Below, piece after piece: positions 13,101 to 26,834 of a DNA stretch of 64,000 bases. Numbering within the stretch: position 1 is the first letter of the stretch; every line of letters starts with the position of its first letter. Source of the DNA: Octopus sinensis (taxonomy: Eukaryota); contig NC_043004.1 of NCBI RefSeq assembly GCF_006345805.1, positions 41,726,001-41,790,000 on the forward strand. Reading direction: 5' to 3'. The notes under the pieces are model-generated. The model was not told the origin of the DNA, did not search any database, and saw nothing but the letters and a program-made list of their open reading frames with translations. Both the position numbers and the translations under genes were made by a program.

Positions 13101-13728
13101 GTACTCGTGTATTTCAGATTGCAAAGACGATATCTCCTTAATGCTTCAAATTGTGATGAATATTACACACGATATACGTTTATCATGGAAAATGTTGATA
13201 TAAAAGAAACAAAAGCTCATTATTTGTCATCAGTGTTGTTATTGTTTGCTGTTGCAGCCGTTGTTATCGTTATTGATACTAATAATTGTTATTACATTTT
13301 GCAGTATTTTTACAGATACAAATATTTTAGAACGATTATTGGCAATTTTTTCTTTCTCCTTCATTGTTATGATAATATTATTATGGCCTAATGTTGCTAT
13401 TGGAGTTGTGATGAGATTGTTGCAGATACACCTGCCATTGATATTGTTGCTTCATATTGTTGCTATTACCGCTGTTGTTGCTGTTTCTTGGGTTAATATC
13501 CATTTTTCATTCCCTATAATTTTGTGGTTCATGTTAATTTTTTTCGATAAATATTTAACCCCCCCCCATTTCTTTACAGATTCTACTCTAGTTCCTGTTG
13601 CTATTGTTGTTCTTAATGCTTTATAATGTCACTATTGTTTTCCTTTTTCCTTGTGATTTTTTCTACTAAAATCTAGAGGATGACGGAATGCAGAATTTGT
13701 AGAGTACGGAACAAAATATCAAACAATA

Positions 13729-14135
13729 GGCGCAGGAGTGGCTGTGTGGTAAGTAGCTTGCTAACCAACCACATGGTTCCGGGTTCAGTCCCACTGCCTG
13801 GCATCTTGGGCAAGTGTCTTCTACTATAGCCCCGGGCCGACCAATGTCTTGTGAGTGGATTTGGTAGACGGAAACTGAAAGAAGCCTGTTGTATATATGT
13901 ATATATATATATATATGTGTGTGTGTGTATGTGTTTGTGCGTCTGTGTTTGTTCCCCTAGCATTGCTTGACAACCGATGCTGTTGTGTTTACGTCCCCGT
14001 CACTTAGCGGTTCGGCAAAAGAGACCGATAGAATAAGTACTGGGCTTACAAAGAATAAGTCCCGGGGTTGATTTGCTCGACTAAAGGCGGTGCTCCAGCA
14101 TGGCCGCAGTCAAATGACTGAAACAAGTAAAAGAG
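13729..14135 (+). mobile_element. Full-length SINE family C (tRNA-like head, internal TA/TG microsatellite, LINE-like 3' tail)
   Basis: GGCGCAGGAGTGGCTGTGTGGTAAG...GGGTTCAGTCCC head; tail GGCGGTGCTCCAGCATGGCCGCAGTCAAATGACTGAAACAAGTAAAAGAG; homologous copies at 23899-24310, 30856-31020, 32240-32410, 19205-19400. Confidence 0.92.
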
Positions 14136-14984
14136 AAAAAACTATCATAAATTTAGTAACATTTTTTGTTTTCAATTCAGGCGATTCAAATCCTGTAAAA
14201 GTCGACTTAATATTTCATCATGTTAGGCGCTATCCCGTTATAATATTTCCAGCATCTTGTGACCGGTAACAAAAATTGTTATTGACAGTGTTATAATGTC
14301 AAACAACGATCATCTTTTTTGTAAGTTGAATCTCTCGTTTCATCCCCTTTGAATTTCATCCAACTCTTGACTGCTAATATAATTACGGATACATACTGAG
14401 ACAGATTCTCAAATTTATAAATGTAGACTGTTGAGACATTGAATCGCTGTGTTTTTATTTTCAAGCTCTCAGAATTACTTGAGTGCAAAGCTTATTACAC
14501 AACTAGTCTTCCATACTTTCCAGACACGCTATTCTGTAAATCCTAATGGCTATTTCTGTCGTGAGACAGTGAGGGGGAAATAAGTTTATAATGGGAGTGC
14601 TGGTGGTGGTGTTGATGGTATAGTTGAGACTAGTGTCAAAAGAGATCGTTCTCTTTAAAGAATGGCACTTAACTGTTTATTACGTGTATATGTATTGTTA
14701 ATGCATTTATGTGCGTGTATAATTATTTGTATGTATGAAAATATATTTGCAATTGTATATATATTTGTATATGTAATAGCATTTATGTATGGCAATTTCT
14801 TACATATCTATTTATGTATGTCTAGAGTTTGCTTATGTGTGCGCGGATACGTGTTTTGTATACAAGCCGTCTTTCTATACTTGTGCACGAAAGACTGTAT
14901 ATGTCTTCGCTTGTGTATTCTTCTATTCTTGGTTTTACTCATTGAATTACAATTTTGCTGGAGTTTCACAATTAAAGGTTTTAC

Positions 14985-15854
14985 TGTTTTAGTCGATCAA
15001 AAAGTTCCCGGTCTACCTTTGTAGCGCTCCAACAAATGGAAGTACACTGTTGAGTGAGCAGTGAGAGCTAGCAGCGACCGTCATGAGGAAGTGTGCCGAG
15101 TGACATCGTTGTGTTTACTTCGCAAGTTGTGAAATTTGTGTTTCGTGATCACGTGTATGCTGTAGTCTGCGATTTTTGTCATGGACAGGAAGTTGAAACA
15201 AAGGGCTACCGTGAAATTTTGCTTGGGAACTTGGGAAGTCTGTTACAGAGACACCGAACATGCTTCGGCAAGCTTACGGTGACGAGGCAATGGCTCGTAC
15301 CCAATATTTCGATTAGCATGGGCGCTTCAAAACGCGGATGAACTTCTCTGGAAAGCGATGAGCGATCTGGAAGACAAGCCACGAGCGTTATCCCTGGAAA
15401 TGTAGAGTTAATTCATCAGGATCGTCGAAGCAATTCATCAGCTTGTGCATGAAGATCAACGACATTGCTGCTGTTGACGGTTTGTCGTGTGGGTCTAGCG
15501 TCTGGATTCTTCTCGACGACAACGCACCCTGTCACCTAGATCTCCCCACTCGTGGGTTTCTTGCCCAAAACAACGCGATATTGTATCCGCAGCCGACCTA
15601 TTCGCCAGATTTATCACCTGCAGACTTCCCTCTCTTCCCCAAGGTGAAAATGCAACTCAGGTCGCCGTTTTAACCCGGCTGTCGAGATCTAGGGTGAATT
15701 GAAGAAGGTCCTCGATTCGTTTACAAATAACAACTTCCAGGCCGGATTCTAAAAGTGTCAGACACTAGTGTATTGTTGCGCAAGGTGCCTATTTCACAGG
15801 AGATGATGTAAAACTTAAGTAAATTAGTTACTTTTTTTTTGATACCACCTTGTA
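14985..15854 (+). mobile_element. Internally deleted mariner transposon
   Basis: N-terminal HTH MDRKL.QRATVKFC..LGKSVTET.NMLRQAYGDEAMART; DDNAPCH and YSPDLSPADFPLFPKVK motifs; degenerate TIRs (gatcaaaaagttcccgg / ttttttgataccaccttgta). Confidence 0.85.
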
Positions 15855-16429
15855 ACTCAACCTGGTGCCTTCTAAGCGCCCATATAAAATTTTTTTGGGT
15901 TCACGCAACAAAATAGTAAATTGAGAATCCACAATGGTACTTTGAGGGACCCTGAAAAATGTTGCTTTAGATGTTTGTATTGGTATGTATTGCAAGAAAC
16001 AGCTCGCTTTCCTTTCTCTAATGTTTTACATATTAAACCTACACAAGTAAATGTGTGGAAATCAGAATAAGAATCTCGAAAGAGGTTTCTATAAAACTAC
16101 ATTTTAAACGTTGAATGGTTATGGAGTTCCACCAGAATAAAATAGTAATAAAAGAGTCTATAGGTAACAATTGGTTGAGAACCCCTAGTCTAAAGTGATT
16201 CAGATACGGTTTCAATTACAGGACGTTGCACGTAATTCAATAAGTAAGCAGTTTCTATAATCGAAACGTAGCTTCTGTCTTTGGTGAAAATACGCGAGGT
16301 AAACAGAAACGATTCTTTAACATCTAGATTTAACCATATCTTGGACGTATTGATAACACGCACCAAGTATGGATTCAGGACATCCGTATACCGCAAGCCG
16401 ACCTTTACTGGATGAGACCTCAACTTCAT

Positions 16430-17110
16430 TTCCCACCATCCATACAGTGTAAAGAGAGGGATTGCTCAGTGCCTAAAACATCGTGCAAAGAATATAAGTA
16501 GCGATCGTAATACACACCACGAAGAAATGATCAAGCTCAACAACTATCTGTTAAGCAACAACTACCCCAAAAGTATACTATCCACTCCAATTATGCAGAA
16601 GAGAGAGGATCAGGCTAATAAACTGTCCACAGTCTCTCTTTCCTACGTGAAAGGCCTCTCCGAAAAGATACAAAAAAATATGCGACTCATATGACATCAA
16701 GACAGTATTCAAGAGTAATACAACACTTCGCAAATATCTCCTTCGAGTAAAACCACCAATAGAAGAGAATATGACAAAGACTGCGTGTACTCCATCCCAT
16801 GCAGCTGTGGTAGGTCATACAAAGGCGAAACATGCCGCCCCCCTCAAAATAAGGGTAGACGAACATCGCAAAGCCGTGACACGAGGAGATATTGATAAAT
16901 TAGGTATAGTTGATCATGTATGGAAAAATGGAGACCACCTCCGCCTGTGGGATGAAGTTAAGATAATAGACAGAACACCACTGGGAAATACGAAAACTAA
17001 AAGAAGCAGCACATATGCTAGGACACAGCAACCTCCTAAGCAGGCTGCGTGCAGATATGAGCAGCATATGGGAACCAGTATTATGGAAGGGTAGAAAATT
17101 ATTAGATGTA
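16430..17110 (+). mobile_element. Penelope-like element 3' part (RT C-terminus + GIY-YIG endonuclease), frameshifted
   Basis: HHPYSVKRGIAQCLKHRAKNISSD; SLSYVKGLSEKIQK; KDCVYSIPCSCGRSYKGETCRPLKIRVDEHRKAV. Confidence 0.88.
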
Positions 17111-17111
17111 T

Positions 17112-17211
17112 AAGCCACGGGCATATGGCGTAGTGGTTAAGAGCGCGAGATACTAACCCCAAGATTCCGAGTTCGATTCCAAGCAGTGACCTGAACAACA
17201 ACAACAACAAC

Positions 17212-17268
<57 letters not shown>

Positions 17269-17432
17269 TTCGAAAAATGCCTTAGAAATTTCCCCAAGAC
17301 ACTTGATGAAGGCTGGAGGGTATATCAGCCGAAACGTTGAGTTAACAACAAATAAGATGAGGACAAATATCCGTCGAATCTAAATAATGTAAATAATGTA
17401 CATAATTCCTCATCTCTTAAATATAGAACTGT
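17112..17432 (+). mobile_element. tRNA-headed, (TAA)n-containing, hammerhead-bearing unit directly after the Penelope ORF (pLTR-like)
   Basis: TGGCGTAGTGGTTAAGAGC (box A), GAGTTCGATTCC (box B), (AAC)n(TAA)n, hammerhead motif, tail ...cataattcctcatctcttaaatatagaactg; homologous to 55440-55912. Confidence 0.85.
17299..17342 (+). ncRNA. Minimal type I hammerhead ribozyme motif (degenerate: C3 to U and a stem I mismatch)
   Basis: ACAC-TTGATGA-A-GGCTG(gagggtatat)CAGCC-GAAACGTT-GAGT; palindromic stem III AACGTT as in Penelope dimeric hammerheads. Confidence 0.7.
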
Positions 17433-17689
17433 ATATCTGTGATATTAATAACTAACCTTGTATCATATTGTGTTAAAATGATTCTGCCCGGTGTTCACGT
17501 TAAAAAAAATACTGCTGTATTTAGAATACTGGAGAAGTAATTCAATAGGTAAGCAGTTTCTATAATCGAAAAAATGGGCTGCTTGTTCTCTTAAATCAAC
17601 CAGTTTCTCATGTGAATATATGGTTTATATCAGTGCATTCTATTTATAAGAGTTAGAAAATGTCTGATTGTGTTGGAATTCATGTGTGT

Positions 17690-18114
17690 TAACGTGTGTA
17701 TGTGTTTGTGTGCACGCGCGTATGTGACGTTGTATATGCGCTTGCGTACATCTCATAGAACAAAAACCTATCTATGCGTATTTTCGTGTACATTATTGAA
17801 TGCATGACTTGGTCTATATATAAAATACATACGTACATACATACATACATACACATACAAACATGCATACACATATATATATATATGCATATACATACAC
17901 ACACACACACACATATATATATATACACGTACATATACATATATATATATATATACATATTTATACATACATACATACATACACATACAAACATGCACAT
18001 ATACACACACACACACATATATACATACATGTACATATATATATATACATGTTTATACATACATACATATATACATACATACATACATGCATACATACAT
18101 ACATACATATATAT

Positions 18115-18170
<56 letters not shown>

Positions 18171-18180
18171 GTATATATGC
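17690..18180. repeat. (CATA)n/(TA)n/(CA)n microsatellite block
   Basis: Visible repeats. Confidence 0.9.
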
Positions 18181-18529
18181 ACTTATCTGTATGCGTGTGT
18201 AGTGAGGAATATGCGTGTATGCAATTCTTTTTGTTTACGCAAGTGCGTCACAGTACAACTGTCTTTCACTTGGAAGTTATTGATTTCGAAAATAAAATAA
18301 TTTTTTGAATTATATTTTTGTTACTACAAATTTCCATCTTAAATCTATTTTTCTGTTGTTTTCTTTATTGCTTGTTTATTGTTTTATTGTTTATCTTATT
18401 GATTTAATTTACATTTAAAAACCGTTTTCACATATGCGTCTGTGAATTATGAGTATCTTAGTGTGTCTGTGTATGTGTGTGATTGTATATCTATTTTTGT
18501 GCGTATGTCTGCATATGAATATGTGTGTC

Positions 18530-18563
<34 letters not shown>

Positions 18564-18729
18564 TGTATGTATGTATTTATGTATGTAAGTATGTATGTAT
18601 GTAAGTATGTATGTATGTATGTATGTACGTACGTACGTATGGTTGGGTTTGTTTTCTTTATTAAATGTTATCACGTAGCTTATTTTGGTTTTTGTTTCAC
18701 TTATTTATCTCAACCATCAACATCATCAG

Positions 18730-18872
<143 letters not shown>

Positions 18873-19204
18873 ATCTTATTTTCAACATTCTATAAGAGTT
18901 TCTACCTCACCACCAAACCAGGTATTCTCGTATCCCTGTGGAGTCTACTGCCATTGTCTTTCGGGAATGTAAAAATTTTGTTTGTAAACTACATCAGTTT
19001 CGCTTTATTGTCGTATTTGTTTGTTGTGTCTGGTTCTATCTTGTATTTTATCTGCTGTGTAGTGACTATGTTATGTGAATTGAGTTCGGTTGTTGGATGT
19101 TTTATATGTTTCGTACGAGATCTATGATTGATGTATAGATGTTTCAATGCGAAACGGTGAATTGTGTACACTATGGTGCTGTGTGGTTTCTCTTATCTGT
19201 TATC

Positions 19205-19400
19205 TTTTCTTTCAGTTACTTGACCGCAGCCATGCTGGGGCATCGACTTGAAGAATTTTTAGTCGAATGAATCACACGCAGAACTTATGCTTTTTCAAGC
19301 CTGGTACTTATTCTATTAATCTCTTTTGTCGAACCGCAAAGTTGCAGGGACATAAACACACCAACATCGGTTGTCAAGCCTTGTTGCGAAAGGAACGCAA
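19205..19400 (-). mobile_element. Older SINE family C 3' half
   Basis: Reverse complement contains GATGCCCCAGCATGGCTGCGGTCAAGTAACTGAAG. Confidence 0.7.
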
Positions 19401-19562
19401 ACGTAAAGACACACATAGATGTATGTATGTATGTATGTATGTATGTATGTATGTATGTATGTATGTATGTATGCATGCATGCATGCATGTATGTATGTAT
19501 GTATGTATGTATGTATGTATGTATGTATGTATGTATGTATGTATGTGCGTGCGTCTATATAA

Positions 19563-19637
<75 letters not shown>

Positions 19638-19639
19638 TA

Positions 19640-19873
19640 AGTTCAGCAAAAATTTAGATTCAAATGAATATGGTACTTAATTTAGATGCACCAGAATTTG
19701 TATGGTTTTTTATCCATAAAAATCCGTGGGGTGATTATAATCAAAATAAGCAACAAGAATGACTCCGGTAATTTGGTATGATCGTTTCGTACTACATCAT
19801 TTTATGAAATGTTGTAAGTAGTACGAAACGATCGTACCAAATTACCAGAGTCATTCTTGTTGCTTATTTTGAT

Positions 19874-19877
<4 letters not shown>
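19640..19877. repeat. Fold-back insertion between two (TA)n tracts
   Basis: 60-bp arms 19736-19795 and 19818-19877 with 2 mismatches, 22-nt loop; ~100 bp extra on the left arm. Confidence 0.9.
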
Positions 19878-19928
<51 letters not shown>

Positions 19929-20118
19929 GTTTTGGGATTTGGTTTGCAAGATTCTTTATATGAGTTCGTGTGTTGAAGCATATTCTGTTGTGTCTGGGGA
20001 GAGTAATTCTCTTTTAGTGCCTTATTATTTAACAAGATATTATTTAGCAAGACATTGAGAAACACCGTGTTCTGCTGTCTGAAAATCAAGATAGCTACCC
20101 GACAAAAAGTAAGAGATA

Positions 20119-20163
<45 letters not shown>

Positions 20164-20255
20164 TATAAAAAAAGAAATAAGTGGAAATTTTACCGATGAG
20201 TGAGAGACACTAAAAGAGAATCACTCCCGCAGACACAACAGAATATAATATATAT

Positions 20256-20287
<32 letters not shown>

Positions 20288-20294
20288 CATATAT

Positions 20295-20465
20295 AGTTTC
20301 TAGCCGATCAAAGCCTAGATGTTGAAGTTGGTAGACGGAAACTAAAAGAAGCTCGTCAGCTAGAAGCTATAGTATAACAGAAGACATTTGTCCAAGATGC
20401 CGCGCAATGAGACTGAACCCAGACCCATGTGACTGGGAAGCAAACTTCCTGCCACACAGCCACAC
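20295..20465. mobile_element. Rearranged SINE family C 5' half (part +, part -)
   Basis: gttggtagacggaaactaaaagaagc in + orientation followed by the reverse-complement head ...ccacacagccac. Confidence 0.65.
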
Positions 20466-20906
20466 TGTGAGTTGTCTGGGGTCTTTCGGCTACAGTGCCG
20501 GCAAACATTATGTAGGAGTGTTTAGAGATTTTTTACTGGCTGGGTATTATATAGATTATGCATTGTATTATATAGTTTATGTGTAGTGATAATACAGATA
20601 TGAGTTGTAGAATAATAATGGTCATTCTTCATAGTATGTTTTTTTGTTGAGAGTTGTGTTATTTTAATGAGTTCTTATAGTAGTGACTGATGAGTGCAAT
20701 TGAATTGAAAGTGTTGCGTGATATGTGGGCTGTGTGTAGTCGGTCTAAATCCGTATACAAATCCAGCATTGGTCTATAAGCACAATTCCTTTTGAATATT
20801 ATTGAAAATGACAGGCCTTTGTTTTAATGGAAACATTTATATTGTACGACTTCTTCAATTAAAATCGGGTGATGATTCATACATGCAACTACACAATATA
20901 TACATA

Positions 20907-20946
<40 letters not shown>

Positions 20947-20948
20947 CG

Positions 20949-21019
<71 letters not shown>

Positions 21020-22708
21020 TGTGTATGTGTACATACGCATAGTAAACATGTTACTGTGTGGGTATGTATAAATTCATTGCTGCACTTGATTGAGTATATA
21101 TATATGTATACATTCATAAATACACACACACACATATATATCTGTATAATACTTACATACATATATACAAACATTTATACATGCACACACACACACACAT
21201 ACATACACACACAAACGCACGCCCAAACATATACACCCCCCACGCTAACACACACACACACACACACATGTACGTATGTACATTCCGACACTTGCCCCAC
21301 CAATAAAACCTTCACCTTGCTCCGTCACACATCCCACTCATTCTCTTCTCATAAAAATTGAAAAAAGTTTTTTTATGAGTCAATGTTGGATTGCAATTTT
21401 TCTATCTCCATTTTCCTTCTTTCTTCTCTCACTTCCGTATCAACAGCATCTCACACCGTGTCCCTTGCACACCTCGACTTCCATGGGAATACACGTATCA
21501 TAACGTATATCTCCGCTATCTCAACTCACTACACTTCCGCACTTCCATATTACCACACCTCTACACCTATACAATCACTCTAAAGAAACACATACACACG
21601 CCTCCCCCTTATACTTGTCTGAAAGTACGGATAAACTCCTATATGGACATATCCCATACTCACATCCTTTTCAACTTCCAATGGAGCTGCATTCCCTCAT
21701 GGCTCCTAGCTTCCTCGCTGTCTTTTTTTCCCCTCCAACCATTTTTTCTGTAATTTTCGTCTTATACTTTTCTGATGTATTTTGCTTCTGATTAAGGACT
21801 AGTGTTCTATACCCTATGAATCTTTCTATTTCTTTTAAGCATTAACCTACGATAACATTTGTTTAAACTTGTTCCTCCCATGTTTTTCTTTCATTTTTGC
21901 GTTCATTAATTTCACTATGTATGTATGTATGTATATGATAAGCGTACTCCCACACAAAAGATACATAAAATATATTGTTCCGACGCAGTCAAAATAGAAA
22001 TCAATCTCGCTTTCAAAATTCGTCTAGAGTTTGAAGAATCATGGTGTACTGCAACAAGAGCTAAGAAGTAGCGTAGTCTGAATGATTATACAATGCACAT
22101 ATATTGGAAGCCATTATTCTCAATAAAATACTCAAAGCATACAAGAATAGACATTTTCCTCTCTGTTTTGCACAAAAATACCCTTCAAACTTTGAGCCTT
22201 TATTGTAGCTAATCCATATTTTTACATATCGACTTTCAGCAGCAGAACGGCTTTCGCATGAAATAACAGAATCTAGACCGTATGTAATACAAAGTCGCTT
22301 TTGTTTAGATTTGAACTCAAAACTTCAAAAATAAAAACAAATAATGTGCACTTTCAGAATAAAAATACAATTGGATCTATATTTGTAAAAGACTTCATTA
22401 TACAATGTGACCTTCAATTTCTCAAAGTCTTTCGAATCATGATCATCCTATTTGTCTTTACATTTCTAAAGAGAGCAGAAGCCGGGTATATTTTGAAATA
22501 GTGTTGCTGCCATTTCTATTGTTTAATGATAAATGCATGAGATATGAGACTGAGTGTCTTGTATTTAAAGACGTTGCAGTCTTCAACAGATTGTATTCCG
22601 TAATAATAGGTTGGTTTTCATTTGATTTCTTCATTCGTGATGAAGTCTCTTCATCTAATGGTCATACTGTTACGTTTACATTTCGCTCCCATATATTTTT
22701 TCCTCCAG

Positions 22709-22778
22709 ATTGTTAATGAATTCTATACAAATTCGTACTATGCTTCAGCTTTGTTATGAAAAACAACATAGAATCACA
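22709..22778 (+). CDS. Candidate internal exon of an unidentified host gene (LLMNSIQIRTMLQLCYENNIESQ)
   Basis: Strong acceptor tattttttcctccag; open frame, phase 2 to 0; donor CAG|gtcatg, or ATG|gtgact 6 nt later in the same phase; phase-compatible with the next exon. Confidence 0.45.
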
Positions 22779-23898
22779 GGTCATGGTGACTAGTAACCAG
22801 TTAATTTATGTTGTTATCTCTGCTGCTACAACGTAAAATATATTTCAAGTTGACATTTTTTACGCAAAAATGTGGAAATGAATTATAATCAGGAAAATGA
22901 AAAATATCAATGTAAATGAAGGAAAGGAAGGAACGTTAGAGAAAAATATTATGAAGCATCCAATATTGCGAAATTTATTGAAAGAAAAACTAAAGCAAAA
23001 TATGCAAGCAGAGAGGAAATAGATTGCATATTTGAAAATAGCTAAGTTTTCTATGAAGAAAAATATATAAACACTTTACTGCAAACACGTAACGTTTCTA
23101 CGATTGTCAGCAAATACAAATCGGAAATGAACCCTGTGCTGGTAATTTGAAATATAAAGTGGAAGACCCTAGAGAGGAGTGTAGGTAATCAAAAAGAAAT
23201 ATAAGGAAGCAACGTGGATACAACAATAAATATGTAAACAAGAATAAATCAAGAAATTAGCCGAAGAAATATGGCACACCAACATCTGGAAGGTATCTTT
23301 GACTAACAAATTATGGAGTGTTAATAATTTGTTAGAAAGTAAAACAAGACGTTATTTAGTGACTGGAAAATGAGTGTAATGATCTAAACTGAAATAGCAG
23401 CGGGATTCAAGAATCTACTACCGAAATCTTGCTGTTCTAACGCGTATTTTATCAATTGCTGACAGATAGCTGTTAAAGCTTCCATAAAATTTTAAATCGT
23501 CACTTAAAATACCTTGTAATAGAAAATATATTAGCTTCATGGAAATGGCAAAAGATATTGACAAAGTATGTAGGAAAATGTCTTGTAATGTTCATTCACT
23601 AAACAATGATTTAATCTGCAGCTGAAGATATCAGAATACAATTATTGAATGTTAGTAACTACAAATATTTCCTGACTATTCGACAGTTGCTTAAAATAGG
23701 TACTATGTTGTGATATAGAACACCCACGTACAACGAGGAACTATTAAAAAAATTTTTAACGTGTCATTCAAATAGTCAAATGATACAAGTCTAGCTTTTC
23801 TACCGAACGGTGGAAGATGTCGCTTAACTCTTCCATGCTGCGATAGCACAGGTAAGCTTTAACACATTTCATCTATTGTAGAGGTAACTTTTTAGAAT

Positions 23899-24310
23899 AC
23901 TCTTTTATTCTTTTACTTGTTTCAGTCATTTGACTGCGGCCATGCTGGAGCACCGCCTTTAGTCGAGCAAATCAACCCCATGACTCATTCTTTGTAAGCC
24001 TAGTACTTATTCTATCGGACCCTTTTGCCGAACCGCTAAGTAACGGGGACATAAACACACCAGCATCGATTGTCAAATGATGATGGGAAGGGGGGACAAA
24101 CACAGACACACAAACACACACACACACACACATATATACATATACATATGTACGACGGGATTCTTTCTGTTTCCGTGTACCAAATCCACTCACAAGGCTT
24201 TGGTCGCTCCGAGGCTATAGTAGAAGATACTTGCCCAAGGTGCCACGCAGTGGGACTGAACCCGGAACCATGTGGCTGGTAAGCAAGCTACTTAATACAC
24301 AGCCACTTGC
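23899..24310 (-). mobile_element. Full-length SINE family C
   Basis: Reverse complement of the 13729-14135 family, head and tail both present. Confidence 0.92.
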
Positions 24311-24439
24311 ACAATATTATTGTAGAAGAGATTTCTCAAATTGGCATCCGTCCACACTATTTAAAGTCCAATTTACCTAAGGCAATATACTATTAGCGTA
24401 TTCCCCAAGATAAGACCATATATAAGTCGGGATGCAAAG

Positions 24440-24440
24440 C

Positions 24441-24506
<66 letters not shown>
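24440..24506. repeat. (CTA)n microsatellite
   Basis: Pure run. Confidence 0.95.
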
Positions 24507-25130
24507 GGTATGAAAAGTCCTGATTTTCAGAAAGAAAAACACGATGATGACAGCTAAAATGCATTGTATCATAGGTAGGCTTGATCGGGTCTGCTCTGGT
24601 GCTAAGCAAGACAAATCAGAACAGTAAACCACGACGACCACCATGAACACCACCACCGCAACAACAACAACAACAACAACAACAACACACCAACAACAAC
24701 GGCAATAGCAGCAGCTCTAATACAAGCACGTGCCAGCTTCATGGGCTTAGAACTGCATGTTTAACCTGAACAAAATCTCCATTGTTGTAATAGTTGCCAG
24801 AAACGTTTTTTATGTTTTGGTGTTTTTTGGGGGAAGTTTAATCCTATGTGATTATTTACTCAATAAAAAATTGATTCAGGTTCGGCACTGCTGCTACACA
24901 ACAAACTGCTACTAATGTAACATCAACAACAACAACAGCAGCAACAAACACAGTAACTACTACTACCAACACCACCACCACCACCACTACTACTACTACT
25001 ACCACCACTACTACTACTACTAGAATGGCCGTTGAGTGTGTTGCATATAAAGTCACAAGAATGCCAAGTAGTGTCAAGATTTAAAAGATTCTGTGAACAC
25101 TTGAAAGGAAAAGTGAATATAGTAGTAGTC

Positions 25131-25194
<64 letters not shown>

Positions 25195-26075
25195 CAGCGG
25201 TGGTGGTGGTTGTGGTGGTGCTGACGGTAGTTATGGCGGTTGTTCATAATGTCCTGATTGTAGCAGTTATTCATATTTTCCGTGTAATTGTTTATGTTGT
25301 TCTCGAAGTTAAGTTGTTGTGGTTGTGTTTGTTTATGTTGCTGTTGCTTCTGTTGTAGTTGTTCATATTGTTGTTGACGTTGGTGTTGATATTTTGTTGT
25401 TGTTGTGGTAGTTAAGGTCGATGCTATTGTGTAGTTACTCTTGTTGCAGCTGTTGATGATGTGGGCATTGCTTCTATAAATAGTTTTGTCGATTTTCTTT
25501 AAGCCGGTGTTGAAATTGTAGTTGTCGATGGCATTGTTTTTGTTATTGCTCTCTATATAATTGTTCAACTCTTTATTATTGTTGTTGTTGTTGATTTTGC
25601 CGATGTATTTCTAGATACACTTGTCATCGAAGCTATTAGTCATTATAATAAATTCGGTTTATATCTTCGATTTTCTACTTAATTCAGTTATATGCAACCT
25701 ATCTGAATATATTTTAACGTCTGAATATCTTTATATCTTTTTTTCATCTGTTTTTATAGAGTTGGCAGTTCTTTTTTTTTTATTTTTCTACACTTGATGT
25801 AATTATTATGGTTAAACGCCTAAACTAGGAAGTAAATTTTAAGAGAAAGACTGTGAAAACCGTCTGTATTATTATATCACTTGCTGGTAATGATCACTGC
25901 GCATGGCTGAGCAGTCGATAAGCTAGCTTCCGCTGGTAGCCACTTGGCTGTGGTATCGATGTGAAACGACTGATTAACACAACACCATATTATAAACAAA
26001 GAATCGTTTGAACTGTGCTAACATGTTCAAAGCTCTTCTGTTTCGGTCTGTTGGTCTATAAGATGAGGTAGTTGG

Positions 26076-26109
<34 letters not shown>

Positions 26110-26153
26110 TGATATGTAGATAGTTAAATAGATATAAAAAAAAAATATAATTG

Positions 26154-26211
<58 letters not shown>

Positions 26212-26718
26212 ATGTGTGTGTGTATATGTATATATATATATATATATATATGTATAAAATTTCACAAAACACGTATACATAATATATAAAGGTCTCACTC
26301 CACTTCTGTATATATATATCTATATATGTATATATGTTAGAAGAAGTTGCAACATCATCTACAGGAACTGAACACCGTGTCTGATGGTTCTCTACATGCA
26401 TATTCCTCTGATAATTGTTGGTATTACTGTTCTCTCCAGCCAAATTTCTCTTTCTGTATCATTGAATCTAAGTCGGAACCTACGCTGATTTTGTATTTCC
26501 AAGTGATCTCCACCCTCTGTTCTAGGTGTTTTATAATTAATGTATATTAGCGGGACCTGTGAATATTTCACGGAATTAGTGTTAAACTTTTCTGAAAACT
26601 TTATCCAAAAAACCTGAGACCGTAGCTTGAATTGTGTCTGTATCAAAAGATAATCGCTCATGTGGTAATCATTAAAAAGTGACATTTTTGTAGAATGATG
26701 ATGTCCAAATTTCCATAG

Positions 26719-26834
26719 TTTGTTGACTTTTGGCATTTGGTTCGAGTAATTTTAAACTCAAATGGTAAACCAGACACGTCCATACGATCAGACGTTCTTT
26801 CTATTCTACAAAATAGCAAAGCGCTATTGTGTAG
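26719..26834 (+). CDS. Candidate internal exon (FVDFWHLVRVILNSNGKPDTSIRSDVLSILQNSKALLC)
   Basis: Acceptor aatttccatag, 116-bp open frame, perfect donor AG|gtaagt; phase 0 to 2, linking the 22709 and 49959 exons in frame. Confidence 0.55.

Noticed and set aside
17120-17195. tRNA genes here and at 1860-1935, 13729-13800 and 52500-52580
   Set aside because: Box A/B heads continue into multi-copy SINE bodies; no complete cloverleaf
20167-20265. Hammerhead-like CCGATGAG in an island between TA tracts
   Set aside because: No GAAA or stem III follows
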